IMG/VR virus record: IMGVR_UViG_3300045988_082043
DNA length: 52,840 nucleotides
Strand: one strand, 5' to 3'
Source of the DNA: a virus
Positions 39,812-49,731 of the stretch are shown piece by piece (within the stretch, counting starts at the first letter, position 1; every line of letters begins with the position of its first letter). The position numbers and the translations under genes were made by a program. Below the pieces are notes generated by a model. The model had not been told where the DNA came from, did not search any database, and saw nothing but the letters and a program-made list of their open reading frames with translations.

Positions 39812-42800
39812 AGTTAAGCATCAAGATCGCCGGTAAGGTAGACAAAAGCCTGACGACGGCGATCAACCAGACAAATACCCTGATGGGGAGCCTGACCACC
39901 ACCATGAGCAAGGTGGGCACGGCGGGGCTTGCGGCCATGGGGGCGCTGGCGACGGCGACCGCAGCCGGACTTGCCAAGTGCACCTCCGAGGCCGCGAAGC
40001 TGGAAAACAATATGTCTGCGATGGTGCGCTACGTGGACGGGCTGACGGAAAGCGCGACCACCAGCACCGAGCAGGCACAAAGCAACCTGAAAGCCATGAG
40101 GACCTATATCCAGGACCTCAGCACGCAGATACCCAGGACCACCGAACAAATCTCCAAGATGTCGGCGGCCCTGGGCCAGTCGGGCATCGGCGCGGACCGG
40201 CAAATGAGCACGGGCATCCTGCGGGATACCGCCGTTGCCGCGACCGCCATGGACCTTGAAGACGACACGGCGGGCAACTACATGGCGAAGTGGGAGGCTG
40301 CCTTCAACTTCAACCATGACCAGGTAATGACGCTGATGGACCAGATCAACTACCTGGGCGCGAACAATGCCACGACGGCGGCGGAGATCGCGCAGAGCGT
40401 GAACCAGGCCGCGTCCATGGGCCAGATCGCGGGCGTTGACCCGTCGGCCACGGCGGCCATCGCCACGGCCATGCAGGCGACCGGCGTTGCGACGGACCGC
40501 GTAGGCACCAGCATTTCACGTATCTACACGAACATCAGCAAGGGGTCCAACGCCACAAAGGCACAGAAAGCCATGTGGGAGGAGCTGGGCTTCACCGCTG
40601 AGGGCATCGCAAGGTCCATGCAGAGCGACGGCATCGGGACGCTGAAATCGGTGTTCCAGGCCATCAACAATATGCCGGACGAGCGCAAGGTGGCGGCGCT
40701 GAACACCTTGTTTGGTCAGTGGGCAATCGAAGGCGGCGCGAAGATCACGCAGAACCTCGCGCTGCTTGAGAAGACGCTGGGCGAGGTCAACGACCCAGGC
40801 CTCTATACGGGCAGTATGGAGCGGGAGTTCCTGATCGAAGCGAGCACGCCGGAAGCGGTCGATCTAATGCTGTCGAACGCGAAGGCGGCGCTGATGCAGG
40901 ACATCGGCCAAGCGTTCCTTCCGGCAAAGAAGGAGTTCAGCCTGTCGATGATCGACTTCCTGAACCAGATCAGGAAGAATATGCCGGAGCTGACGACGCT
41001 GGCGAACTCGCTGGGAAAGATCGCAAGCGACGGCGTGGAGCGCCTGGGCGACGCTATGGAGCGGGCGCTGCCCTACATCCAGAGAGGGCTTGACTACCTG
41101 GCGAACAACGGGCCGCAGGTGGCCTCGACGCTGGGCAAGCTGGCGGCGGTGTTCGTGGGCATGAAGTTCGCGCCAGGCATCGAAAGCCTTTTGAGCGGCG
41201 CGGGGAACCTGCTGCTGGGAAGCTCTGTCGGCGGCAGCGGAAAACGCACCGGCGGTCTGCTGGGCGGCATCAAGAGCCTGTTCCGGGGCGGACAGAAGGC
41301 GGCGGGCACGGCTGGCGGCTTCCTCTCCACCTTCGGCGGCGCGGCCAGCGGAAACGGCTTTTTCCAAACGCTGGGGAGCGTGGCATCCAGCCTGATCTCC
41401 GGCAACGGCATCAAGGGCACGGCGGGGCTGCTGGAAGCGGCAGCGGGAACGCCGGGCCTCTTATCCGGTTACCAGGGCGCGGGAAGCGCACTGAAAAACA
41501 GAATTGCAGGAAGCGGCATCGGGCAGTATTTCGGCAGCGTGTTCTCCTCCCTGGGGAACTTCGGGAGCACGCTGGGGAACACGAAGACCGGCGGCTTCCT
41601 TTCGGGTCTGCTGGGCAAGGCGGGCGGCGCGCTGGGCAACCTGACCATGCCGCTGCGCCAGGGTATCGCAGGTATCGGTGCTGCGGCGACCATTCAAGGC
41701 AGCATCATCCAACAGAACCTATCCGGCCTGCTGGGTAAGGCGGGCGGCTTTGTGAGCGGCATCGCCAACTCCGGCGCGGGAAAAGCCATCGGCGGCGTGC
41801 TGGGGACCGTGTGGGGTCCCATCGCCTCCGGCTTCGGAAGCATCTTCGCGGGAGCTGCGCCGGTGATCGGCGTGATCTCCTCCATCATCGCCGTGGTGAG
41901 CATCCTGGGCGACCACCTGGAAGACATCCGGGGCATCATCCAGAACGTATTCGGCGATACCGGCGTGGCCGTGTTCGACAAGTTCATGGGCGTGCTGCAA
42001 AACGTGGGCAGCTTCATCACGGGACTGTTTGCGGACGGCGGCGTGGCAAATGCGCTGGCCCCGCTGCGGGAGACCATCACGAACCTGTTCGGAGAGGATG
42101 CGGGCGCGGCCTTCGACGGGCTGACGACCATCCTGCAATCGGTGATGGGCGTGGTCGGGCAGATCGTGAGCTTTGCACAGACGACCGTGAAGCCGATCAT
42201 CCAGGACATTTTCAATTTCCTGACGGGAACCGTGGTGCCCATCATCCTGCAAACCTTCACAGCGGCGGCTCCGTCTATCGCTGGCATCATCAGCGGCCTC
42301 GGCTCCGCCATTATGACGGCTATGCAGATCATCGGCTCGGCCATCCAGGCAGTCATGCCTATCGTGCAGAGCATCATCACCGTCATTATGAGCATCGCTT
42401 CCGTCGTGGTGCCCGCTGTGCTGGCGGGTATCTCGGCACTGGCGCAGGGCATCGGCCCCATCCTGGAAGGTATCAAGACCGTATTCGACGGGCTGATCGC
42501 TTTCATCACGTGCGTATTCACCGGGAACTGGTCCCAGGCATGGGAAGGCGTAAAGCAGATATTCGGCGGCGCGTTCGACGCGCTGGTGGGCCTGCTGAAA
42601 ACGCCGGTGAACGCGGTGATCGCGCTGATCAACAAGGCCATCTCCGGCATCAATGGACTGGGCCTGGACATCCCGGACTGGGTGCCCATCATCGGCGGCA
42701 AGAGCTTCCACATCAGCATCCCGGAGATACCGATGCTGGCAAAGGGCGGCTTCACCGACGGCGTGAGCATCGCGGGCGAAGCCGGGCGCGAGGCTGTGAT

Positions 42801-43092
42801 CAGCTTCCAGCGCGGCGTGCGGGCACAGAACATCGCCACCTGGGCACAGGCGGGCCGGATGCTGGGCGTGAGCGCCGAGCAGGCGTTGAGCGCGGCGGAC
42901 GGCGCAGAGCTGAAACCCATCGACCCCGGCGAGGGCGGCGGAGGCGGAGGCAGCTTCACCTTCGCGCCGAACATCGTCATTCAGGGCAACGCCGACGCGG
43001 ACGTGCTTGAGGAAGCGCTGCGGCGGGCCAAGGAGGAGTTTGAGGCATGGTACGAGCAGATGATGCGCAAGCGTGCCCGGACGGCCTATTGA
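39790..43092 (+). CDS. tail tape measure protein
   Basis: 1100 aa, Gly/Ala-rich with hydrophobic repeats, at the canonical position. Confidence 0.9.
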   Translation: MAQNKTLELSIKIAGKVDKSLTTAINQTNTLMGSLTTTMSKVGTAGLAAMGALATATAAGLAKCTSEAAKLENNMSAMVRYVDGLTESATTSTEQAQSNLKAMRTYIQDLSTQIPRTTEQISKMSAALGQSGIGADRQMSTGILRDTAVAATAMDLEDDTAGNYMAKWEAAFNFNHDQVMTLMDQINYLGANNATTAAEIAQSVNQAASMGQIAGVDPSATAAIATAMQATGVATDRVGTSISRIYTNISKGSNATKAQKAMWEELGFTAEGIARSMQSDGIGTLKSVFQAINNMPDERKVAALNTLFGQWAIEGGAKITQNLALLEKTLGEVNDPGLYTGSMEREFLIEASTPEAVDLMLSNAKAALMQDIGQAFLPAKKEFSLSMIDFLNQIRKNMPELTTLANSLGKIASDGVERLGDAMERALPYIQRGLDYLANNGPQVASTLGKLAAVFVGMKFAPGIESLLSGAGNLLLGSSVGGSGKRTGGLLGGIKSLFRGGQKAAGTAGGFLSTFGGAASGNGFFQTLGSVASSLISGNGIKGTAGLLEAAAGTPGLLSGYQGAGSALKNRIAGSGIGQYFGSVFSSLGNFGSTLGNTKTGGFLSGLLGKAGGALGNLTMPLRQGIAGIGAAATIQGSIIQQNLSGLLGKAGGFVSGIANSGAGKAIGGVLGTVWGPIASGFGSIFAGAAPVIGVISSIIAVVSILGDHLEDIRGIIQNVFGDTGVAVFDKFMGVLQNVGSFITGLFADGGVANALAPLRETITNLFGEDAGAAFDGLTTILQSVMGVVGQIVSFAQTTVKPIIQDIFNFLTGTVVPIILQTFTAAAPSIAGIISGLGSAIMTAMQIIGSAIQAVMPIVQSIITVIMSIASVVVPAVLAGISALAQGIGPILEGIKTVFDGLIAFITCVFTGNWSQAWEGVKQIFGGAFDALVGLLKTPVNAVIALINKAISGINGLGLDIPDWVPIIGGKSFHISIPEIPMLAKGGFTDGVSIAGEAGREAVISFQRGVRAQNIATWAQAGRMLGVSAEQALSAADGAELKPIDPGEGGGGGGSFTFAPNIVIQGNADADVLEEALRRAKEEFEAWYEQMMRKRARTAY

Positions 43093-43104
43093 TGGGAGGA
43101 AGCT

Positions 43105-43314
43105 ATGTACACGACAAAGAGCGGCGACACCTGGGACGTGATCGCCAAGGAAGTCTATGGCAGCGAATACCACGCGGACGCGCTGATGGCGGCCAACCCG
43201 GAGCACATCGACACCTTCCGCTTTTCCGCCGGGGTCGTTTTGAAGACGCCAACGGTGGAGGACGCGCGAGCGGGCACGCTGCCGCCATGGAAATACGAGG
43301 CGCAGTATGAATAA
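43105..43314 (+). CDS. LysM-like tail protein (P2 gpX / XkdP-like)
   Basis: 69 aa. YTTKSGDTWDVIAKEVYGSEYHADALMAANP... Confidence 0.75.
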   Translation: MYTTKSGDTWDVIAKEVYGSEYHADALMAANPEHIDTFRFSAGVVLKTPTVEDARAGTLPPWKYEAQYE

Positions 43315-45097
43315 GGCAAGAAGCATCGGACTTGCGGTGCAGTACCGCAGCACCCCGTATTCCGCACAGGTGCAGGCGAGCGCCCAGGTGGACGCGGCGG
43401 AGGGCGGCGGGAGCGCTGCTTCCTCCGCCAGCTCCGGCTCCGGCGCGGCGGCGGGACAGGCCGTAACGCTGAACAACACGCCCCTCTACGTGAGCAGCGT
43501 GGCAAAGAACCCGGCGACCCACAAGACGGGCGTGTATTACTTCTACGACGGCATTTTGATACGCGGGCGATACCGCATCACCAACACCCCGTCGAGAGTG
43601 GGCAAGACCCCGGTGGGCCAGAACGTGACCGGCTGGGCGGACGCGGCGGACTGCGGCGCGGTGAGTAGCGCCAAGGCCACGCCGAAGAAAGAGACCTCCG
43701 GACAGGAGAACGCGACGCTGGGCGCGGGCACGGGAACGGACATCGGCCTTTCCATCGAGAGCCTGACCTATGTGGACAACGCGGCGGACGACAGCGACAG
43801 CATCGACCTGACGCTGGACGCGCAGGACAGCAAGTGGCTGTGGGGCTGGATGCCGCAGAAGGGCGCGACGCTTTATCCCCGCCTGCTGGGCCACGACTGG
43901 GAGCGGCCCGGCGACGAGCGGGCCATGGACTGCGGCCTTTTCGTAGTGGACGACGTGAACTACTCGGACACGCCGACCACCTTGCAGCTCGGCGGCGTGA
44001 GCAAGCCGAGCGACAGCAATTTCAGCGAGACAGATCGAAAAGTGACGTGGAAGAACACCTCCATCAAGCGCATCGGCCAGACCATCGCGGCGCGCTACGG
44101 ACTGGGCTTCACCTATGACGCTGAGGACTACGACATCGAGTGCGACGAACAGGACGGAGCGGACAGCAGCTACTACAATACGCTGTGCCAGAACTACGGC
44201 CTGGTGCTCAAGGTGTACGCCCGGCGGCTGTGGGTCTATGACCGGGAGGCATACAAGGCCAAGCGGGCGGTGCGGACCTTCGACCGGACGGACATCATCC
44301 GAGGGAGCCTGAGCTGGACCACCACCCTTTCCGGGACCTACACCGGCGGGACCTTCGACTACACCGACGCGGACAAGGACTGCGACATCTCCTGCAAGGT
44401 GGGCGGCGGGACGCACATCAAGAGCGTGAACCGCAGGGCCACCAGCGTGCAGGATGCGGCGGTCCAGCTCTGCGCGGAGCTGAACCGGGCCAACCACGGC
44501 ACGATCAAGCTGCGCTTCACCGTTCCGGGAGACTGGACCGTGAGCGCGGGCAACACGATCAACATTACCGGCTACGGCGGCGGTCCCTCCGGCGGAGAGG
44601 GCGGCATCAACGGCAAGTATTTCGTGGACAAGGTAACGCACAAATACACCAAGAGCGGCGGATTTACCACGGCCTTCGAGTGCAGCGGCGTCCGGGAGGG
44701 CTTCCACCCCTACGAGGTGGGCGGCTCCATCCAGTACAACACGGAGGGGTCCGACACCAGCGACACGAATTACAGCAGCTCCTACGAGACGAGCACGGCG
44801 GCCAGCGCCGCCAGCGCGGCGGCGGGCGCTGAGGCCGGGGCGGCGGTGACGTTGACCAACGCCCCCTTCTACTACACCAGCGTGGCACCAAATCCGAGCT
44901 GCTACAAAAGCGGCGTGTTCTACTTCTACGACGGCATCCTGGTCAACGGGCGCTACCGCATCACCAACGCAGCCTCCCGCTGCGGGAAGCTGCCGGTGGG
45001 GCAGAACGTGACGGGCTGGGTGCCCGCGAGCTACTGCGGCGTGGACACGAGCACAGGCGGCGGAGGCGGCACGAAGGCCACCATGGAGGTGAAGTAG
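43307..45097 (+). CDS. gpD/XkdQ-like baseplate hub protein flanked by two SH3b-like repeats
   Basis: 596 aa. A late-control-D-like core, plus paralogous ~65-aa domains at the N-terminus (VTLNNTPLYVSS...GWADAADCG) and C-terminus (VTLTNAPFYYTS...GWVPASYCG). Confidence 0.75.
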   Translation: MNKARSIGLAVQYRSTPYSAQVQASAQVDAAEGGGSAASSASSGSGAAAGQAVTLNNTPLYVSSVAKNPATHKTGVYYFYDGILIRGRYRITNTPSRVGKTPVGQNVTGWADAADCGAVSSAKATPKKETSGQENATLGAGTGTDIGLSIESLTYVDNAADDSDSIDLTLDAQDSKWLWGWMPQKGATLYPRLLGHDWERPGDERAMDCGLFVVDDVNYSDTPTTLQLGGVSKPSDSNFSETDRKVTWKNTSIKRIGQTIAARYGLGFTYDAEDYDIECDEQDGADSSYYNTLCQNYGLVLKVYARRLWVYDREAYKAKRAVRTFDRTDIIRGSLSWTTTLSGTYTGGTFDYTDADKDCDISCKVGGGTHIKSVNRRATSVQDAAVQLCAELNRANHGTIKLRFTVPGDWTVSAGNTINITGYGGGPSGGEGGINGKYFVDKVTHKYTKSGGFTTAFECSGVREGFHPYEVGGSIQYNTEGSDTSDTNYSSSYETSTAASAASAAAGAEAGAAVTLTNAPFYYTSVAPNPSCYKSGVFYFYDGILVNGRYRITNAASRCGKLPVGQNVTGWVPASYCGVDTSTGGGGGTKATMEVK

Positions 45098-45099
45098 CG

Positions 45100-45888
45100 A
45101 TGGCAGGGACGAACCGGGTCGGACGGGTCAGCTCCATCGACTATGAGAGCGGGACCTATGAGGTGACGTATGCGGACCAGGGCCGGAGGGTCACGGCCCG
45201 CATCAACGCCATGAGCAACGGCGAATACAAAATGCCGAGGGTGGGCCAGATCGTGAGCGTGACGCACACGAGCAACGGCACGGCGGCGGCCACCACCAGC
45301 GGCACCGTATGGAACCGGAGCAACCGCCCGGCGGAGGGCTTCGCCGGGCTTTACCGCAAGGAATACGGCGAGAAGGCCGGGCAGGCTTTTGAGCGCTACG
45401 ACGCCAACACGGGCATCTACACCCAGTTCACCGACGTGCGGACCGGGCGCAACTGCAACGGCGACATCTTCGACGAGGCCAAGGGCACCATCAGCCTGAT
45501 CGCGGAGAAGCTGGTGCAGATCACGAGCAAGATCAAAAGCGTGAGCATCCACGGCAAGGAAGGCGTGGGCATCGGCGCGGAGAAAAGCGTGACCATCGAC
45601 GCCGGGGAGAACATCAACCTGGAAGCCGAGGGCGACCTGGACGAGGGCGCAGGCGGCGACCGGGCGCTGACCGTGGGCGGAAAGAACACCGAGCTATACA
45701 AGGGCGAGGTGGAGCGGGAGTTTCAGGGAGGCATCCGCGACACCGTGACCGGCGAGGTGACGCTGACGATCAACGGCGTGACCATCACCATCAGCGAGGG
45801 CGGCGATGTCTCCATCCAGACCGCCGGAAAAATCAGCATGAAGGCACAGCAAATCGACCTGCAGGGCGGGTCCTCCCTGGTGCTGTAA
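45100..45888 (+). CDS. baseplate spike / gpV-like protein
   Basis: 262 aa. RVGRVSSIDYESGTYEVTYADQGRRVTARINAMSNGEYKMPRVGQIVSV is an OB-fold gpV pattern. Confidence 0.7.
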   Translation: MAGTNRVGRVSSIDYESGTYEVTYADQGRRVTARINAMSNGEYKMPRVGQIVSVTHTSNGTAAATTSGTVWNRSNRPAEGFAGLYRKEYGEKAGQAFERYDANTGIYTQFTDVRTGRNCNGDIFDEAKGTISLIAEKLVQITSKIKSVSIHGKEGVGIGAEKSVTIDAGENINLEAEGDLDEGAGGDRALTVGGKNTELYKGEVEREFQGGIRDTVTGEVTLTINGVTITISEGGDVSIQTAGKISMKAQQIDLQGGSSLVL

Positions 45889-45915
45889 AAAACGAACAGC
45901 GAGGAGGAACGGAAA

Positions 45916-46305
45916 ATGGTGGGCAGTTACATGGGCCGGGTGTTCACGGTGAGCAGCCAGAGGATATTGACACCGAGCAATCTGAAAGGCAGCGCCGGAA
46001 GCGACTGGGCAAACCATGAGATCATCGGCAAGAAGGCGCGGAGCCAGTGGGTAGGCCCGAAGCTCAAGAGTTACACCATGGACATCCTTCTGCGAGCGCA
46101 GGACGGCGTAAGCCCCCGGTCCACGCTGGACTACTTCCAGCGGGCGGCGGAAAGCCAGATGGTCGATTGGTTCATCATCGGCGGGCGACCGATCTCTGAC
46201 AACCCCTTCAAGCTGGTGAGCGTGAGCGACGAGTGGGACACGGTGCTGGGCGGCGGCGCGCTGATCGAGTGCCGGGTGAGCCTGACCATCGAGGAATACA
46301 CGTAA
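45916..46305 (+). CDS. phage tail protein (P2 GpU-like, tentative)
   Basis: 129 aa. ...WANHEIIGKKARSQWVGPKLKSYTMDILL... Confidence 0.45.
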   Translation: MVGSYMGRVFTVSSQRILTPSNLKGSAGSDWANHEIIGKKARSQWVGPKLKSYTMDILLRAQDGVSPRSTLDYFQRAAESQMVDWFIIGGRPISDNPFKLVSVSDEWDTVLGGGALIECRVSLTIEEYT

Positions 46306-46318
46306 GGGAGGGCAAGCC

Positions 46319-46633
46319 GTGATCTACATTGAGGATACCATCGTCGAGATCGAGGCCGGGACCGTGGACGACCGGACGGCACAGGAGGTTTACCGAAATC
46401 TGCAGGTACTCTACGGCACGGAGACGGGAGAACAGGCCCTCGACCGCGAGTTCGGCATCGACATCAACATTCTGGACAATCCGCAGGAGGCGGCGAAGGC
46501 GCTGCTGACGGCGGAGTTCGTGCGGAAAACAAAACAGTATGAGCCACGGGTCCGGGTCATGCGTGTGGAATGGACCCAAAATCATGCCAGGGACGGCGGC
46601 ATCGTCCCGAAGGTGGTGGTGAGCTTTGTCTAA
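46319..46633 (+). CDS. baseplate wedge protein (gp25/GPW-like)
   Basis: 104 aa, GTG start after GGGAGGG. ...ALDREFGIDINILDNPQ...FVRKTKQYEPRVRV... Confidence 0.7.
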   Translation: MIYIEDTIVEIEAGTVDDRTAQEVYRNLQVLYGTETGEQALDREFGIDINILDNPQEAAKALLTAEFVRKTKQYEPRVRVMRVEWTQNHARDGGIVPKVVVSFV

Positions 46634-47774
46634 TATCAAAGAGCTGGCAAATGTGCCGGAGATCAGCTTCATCGAAAACATGAGCCTGCAGGAGACGGAG
46701 GAGCTTGTGCGGGCAAACTACACGCGCATCTTCAAGGAGCTTACCGGGCAGGACGCGGAGCTGGGCGAAGCGGACGCGAAGAACCTGATCATCAAATCGT
46801 TCAGCCTTGTGCTCTACCAGGTGATGCAATATGTGGAGGCCAAGGGACGGGCGGAGCTTTTGAAGACTTCGACCGGCGACGCGCTGGACGCGCTGGCGGC
46901 CCTGTTCGGCATCACACGGCAGGAGGCCCGGCGGGCCACGTGCATCGTGCGCTTCACCTTGTCCGACCGGCGGAGCGAGCCAGCGGCCATTCCGGCGGGT
47001 ACGCGGGTGAAGACCCAGGACGGGAAATACTTCAACACTGTGGACTATGCAGAGGTCGCGGCGGGCGAGCTGACCGTGGACGTGGATGTGCAGGCGGAGG
47101 AAGCCGGAGCGGAGAGCAGCGGCATCGCCGCCGGAGAGATCGACACGCTGGTGGACCCCATCCCCTACGTTGCGAGCGTGGAGAGCATCGAGGCGAGCAC
47201 GGGCGGGCTGGACATCGAGGACGACGACGGCCTGACGGAACGGGTGTGGCTGGCCCCCAGCAAATACTCCTGCGCCGGGCCGCGAGACGCCTATGCCTAC
47301 TACGTGAAGGAATGGCGGACGGACGTGGACGACGTGCAGATCGTCAGCCCGGAGCCGTGCGTGGTGCACGTCTATGTGGTGCTGGACGGCGGCGTGCTGC
47401 CCACGGAGACGGAGCGGGAGGAACTGGCCGCCTACCTCAACGGCGACACCATCCGCCCGCTGACGGACATCGTGAGCTGCCCGGCGGCGGAGGAGGTCCC
47501 TTACGACATCAGCCTGACCTACTGGATCGCCAGCAGCGACCAAAAGAGCGCGGGCACCATTCAGGCCCAGGTGGAGGCGGCGGTAGACGCCTATGAGAGC
47601 TGGCAACGCAAGATGGGCCGGGACATCAACCCGACCGAGCTTGTGTGCCGGGTCCGCGCGGCGGGGGCCAAGCGCGTAAAGCTGGCGGCCCCGGCGGACA
47701 TCGTGATCGAAAAAACGCAGCTCCCGAAGCGGAACACGCGCACCGTGACCTACGGAGGGCTTGAGGATGATTAA
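46626..47774 (+). CDS. baseplate J-like protein
   Basis: 382 aa, follows gp25-like as in P2, Mu and PBSX. Confidence 0.8.
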   Translation: MSNIKELANVPEISFIENMSLQETEELVRANYTRIFKELTGQDAELGEADAKNLIIKSFSLVLYQVMQYVEAKGRAELLKTSTGDALDALAALFGITRQEARRATCIVRFTLSDRRSEPAAIPAGTRVKTQDGKYFNTVDYAEVAAGELTVDVDVQAEEAGAESSGIAAGEIDTLVDPIPYVASVESIEASTGGLDIEDDDGLTERVWLAPSKYSCAGPRDAYAYYVKEWRTDVDDVQIVSPEPCVVHVYVVLDGGVLPTETEREELAAYLNGDTIRPLTDIVSCPAAEEVPYDISLTYWIASSDQKSAGTIQAQVEAAVDAYESWQRKMGRDINPTELVCRVRAAGAKRVKLAAPADIVIEKTQLPKRNTRTVTYGGLEDD

Positions 47775-48681
47775 AAGTCTGCGTCAAGCCCGCATTACAG
47801 ACGGCCTTCCGAGGGTGTTGGCGAGACAGGAATGGGTGATCGCCCTGTCCGAGGCCCTGGGGCTGGCCCTGGGGAAGACGCTGGACTACACCGACGAGAG
47901 CCAAATCTACACACGGCTGGACACCGCGCCGGAGACGGTGCTGGATGTGCTGGCCGTGGACTGGAAGATCGACTGGTACGACACGGAACTGACGGTGGAG
48001 CAGAAGCGCCGCATCGTGAAGACGGCGCTGACGGTCCGGCGGCTGATGGGCACAGCGGCGGCGGTGAAGCTGCAGGTGCACGCCATCTACCCGGAGGCCA
48101 CCGTGACGGAGTGGTTCCAGTACGACGGGAGGCCTGGATGCTTCCGGGTGAGCCTGCCGCTGCCGAAGGAAGGCATCACGGCGGCGGAATACCGGCGGCT
48201 CAAGACCGGCATCCTGACCACGAAGAACGAGCGCAGCCACCTGGACGTGATCGACATTCAGCACGAGTGCGAGGCCATGGTGATCACAGGCGGGTGCTGC
48301 TCCATGAGCCAGATCATCGAGGTCTGGCCGGAGCTTGTGAGCGAGCTGGAAGTGACAAGCGAGCGCATCGCAGGCGGCGCGGCCAGCATGAGCCAAACGG
48401 CGGAGGTCTGGCCGGAGCTGACGGAGGCGCTGGAAATCCTGGCATACCGGCACACCGGCGGAGCCGTGAGCACCGCGCAGGCCGTGGAGGTCTGGCCGGA
48501 GCTGGCGGCGGTGGTAGAGATCACCGTGACGCGGAACACCGGCGGCGCGGCGCACACGGACCAGGCGCTTGAGGTATGGCCGGAGCTGACAGAGCAAATC
48601 GAAGCAACGACGGAGCTGGACCGGGGCGGCGGGACCGCTGCGAGCCAGGTCGTTGAAATATACCCGGAAGGGGGAGGATGA
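47767..48681 (+). CDS. tail protein I-like (P2 gpI / XkdU-like) with C-terminal 28-aa tandem repeats
   Basis: ...ETVLDVLAVDWKIDWYD..LTVEQKRRIVKTALTVRRLMGTAAAV..., then 5 repeats of (..EVWPEL....E.......GGA.S). Confidence 0.75.
   Translation: MIKSLRQARITDGLPRVLARQEWVIALSEALGLALGKTLDYTDESQIYTRLDTAPETVLDVLAVDWKIDWYDTELTVEQKRRIVKTALTVRRLMGTAAAVKLQVHAIYPEATVTEWFQYDGRPGCFRVSLPLPKEGITAAEYRRLKTGILTTKNERSHLDVIDIQHECEAMVITGGCCSMSQIIEVWPELVSELEVTSERIAGGAASMSQTAEVWPELTEALEILAYRHTGGAVSTAQAVEVWPELAAVVEITVTRNTGGAAHTDQALEVWPELTEQIEATTELDRGGGTAASQVVEIYPEGGG
48290..48680 (+). repeat. 84-bp in-frame tandem repeats (~5 copies) inside the gpI-like gene
   Basis: gaggtctggccggagct recurs at 48319, 48403 and 48487, with gaggtatggccggagct at 48571 and a degenerate copy at 48655. 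The period is exactly 84 nt. Confidence 0.85.
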
Positions 48682-48682
48682 A

Positions 48683-49627
48683 ATGGACACTGAAAACGTA
48701 GTTGTCACCAAACAGGACCGAAAGTACAAGACCCTCGTGACCGACATCGGCAACAAGAAAATGACCAACGCCATTCTGAACGGCAAGAAGGTCAACGTCG
48801 TCATGGCGGCGGTGGGCGACGGCGGCGGAAGCTACTACCTGCCCACGGCGGATATGACCGCGCTTGTGCATGAGGTATGGCGCGGGGCCATCGCCAGCAA
48901 AGAGATCAACAGCAAATCCTCTAACATGGTGGACGTGAAGTTCGTGCTGCCGGGGACCGTGGGCGGCTTCACCGCGCGCGAAGCTGCCCTGATCGACGAC
49001 GAGGGCGACATGATCGCCGTGTGCAACCTGCCGGACACGGAGAAGGCAGCCATCGAGGACGGCATCGCCGCTGCGCTGACCATTCTCATGCACATCGTTA
49101 TGACCAACAGCGACGCGCTGACCTTCACGCTGGACCCCACCACCGACACGGCGAGCGCCGTGTGCGTGGCCTTTACCATCCCACACGAGGCATGGCAGAG
49201 CACGACCGGCGCGGAGGACGACGAGAGCGGCGGCACCTACCCGTGCCGGGCTGATGTGGTGTGCGACGAGGCGACCGCCATGCACACGCCCATCGCAACG
49301 CTGGACAAGGCGTGCCTGGCGGCGGCCAAGGCATGCGAGCTGTGCCCCACGGTGGAGACTGCAAGCGGAGTGCTGCGCTTTTGGGCGATGAAGGTGCCGG
49401 ACGGCGAGCTGACCGGAAGCGTACTGCTGGTCGGCCAGGGCGGCGGAGGCAAGAGCGGCGACGGGAGCTACACCCTGCCGACGGCAACCCCCTTCCGCCT
49501 GGGCGGCGTGAAGGTGGGCGACGGCCTGACCGTGGACAACGAGGGCAAGCTGTCGGTCGATGCGGCCAACACTGAGGAGACCACCGGCGCGCTGAACGAA
49601 GTGTTCGGCGCAGAGGACGGCAAATAA
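48683..49627 (+). CDS. tail fibre protein with a P2 gpH-like N-terminal (tail-collar) domain
   Basis: VVVTKQDRKYKTLVTDIGNKKMTNAILNGKKVNVVMAAVGDGGGSYYLPTADMTALVHEVWRG is the typical fibre N-terminal attachment domain. Confidence 0.75.
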   Translation: MDTENVVVTKQDRKYKTLVTDIGNKKMTNAILNGKKVNVVMAAVGDGGGSYYLPTADMTALVHEVWRGAIASKEINSKSSNMVDVKFVLPGTVGGFTAREAALIDDEGDMIAVCNLPDTEKAAIEDGIAAALTILMHIVMTNSDALTFTLDPTTDTASAVCVAFTIPHEAWQSTTGAEDDESGGTYPCRADVVCDEATAMHTPIATLDKACLAAAKACELCPTVETASGVLRFWAMKVPDGELTGSVLLVGQGGGGKSGDGSYTLPTATPFRLGGVKVGDGLTVDNEGKLSVDAANTEETTGALNEVFGAEDGK

Positions 49628-49648
49628 GCCGCCCCACAATCCCATAGC

Positions 49649-49675
49649 ACCGTCGCTTGAAGCGGCGGTATTTTT
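49649..49675 (+). terminator. rho-independent terminator after the fibre gene
   Basis: accgtcgc-ttgaa-gcggcggt followed by atttttA. A second hairpin (49684-49703) and T-run follow. Confidence 0.65.
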
Positions 49676-49731
49676 ATCGACAATTCCGGGGGCATCCCCG
49701 AAATTGAATATTTTTTAAGGAGGACAAAAAC

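Noticed and set aside
48290-48680. Regularly spaced repeats checked as a possible CRISPR array
   Set aside because: The repeats are contiguous 84-bp units with no spacers. They are in-frame within the gpI-like gene and are diverged at the DNA level. No CRISPR-like array was seen anywhere in the window.
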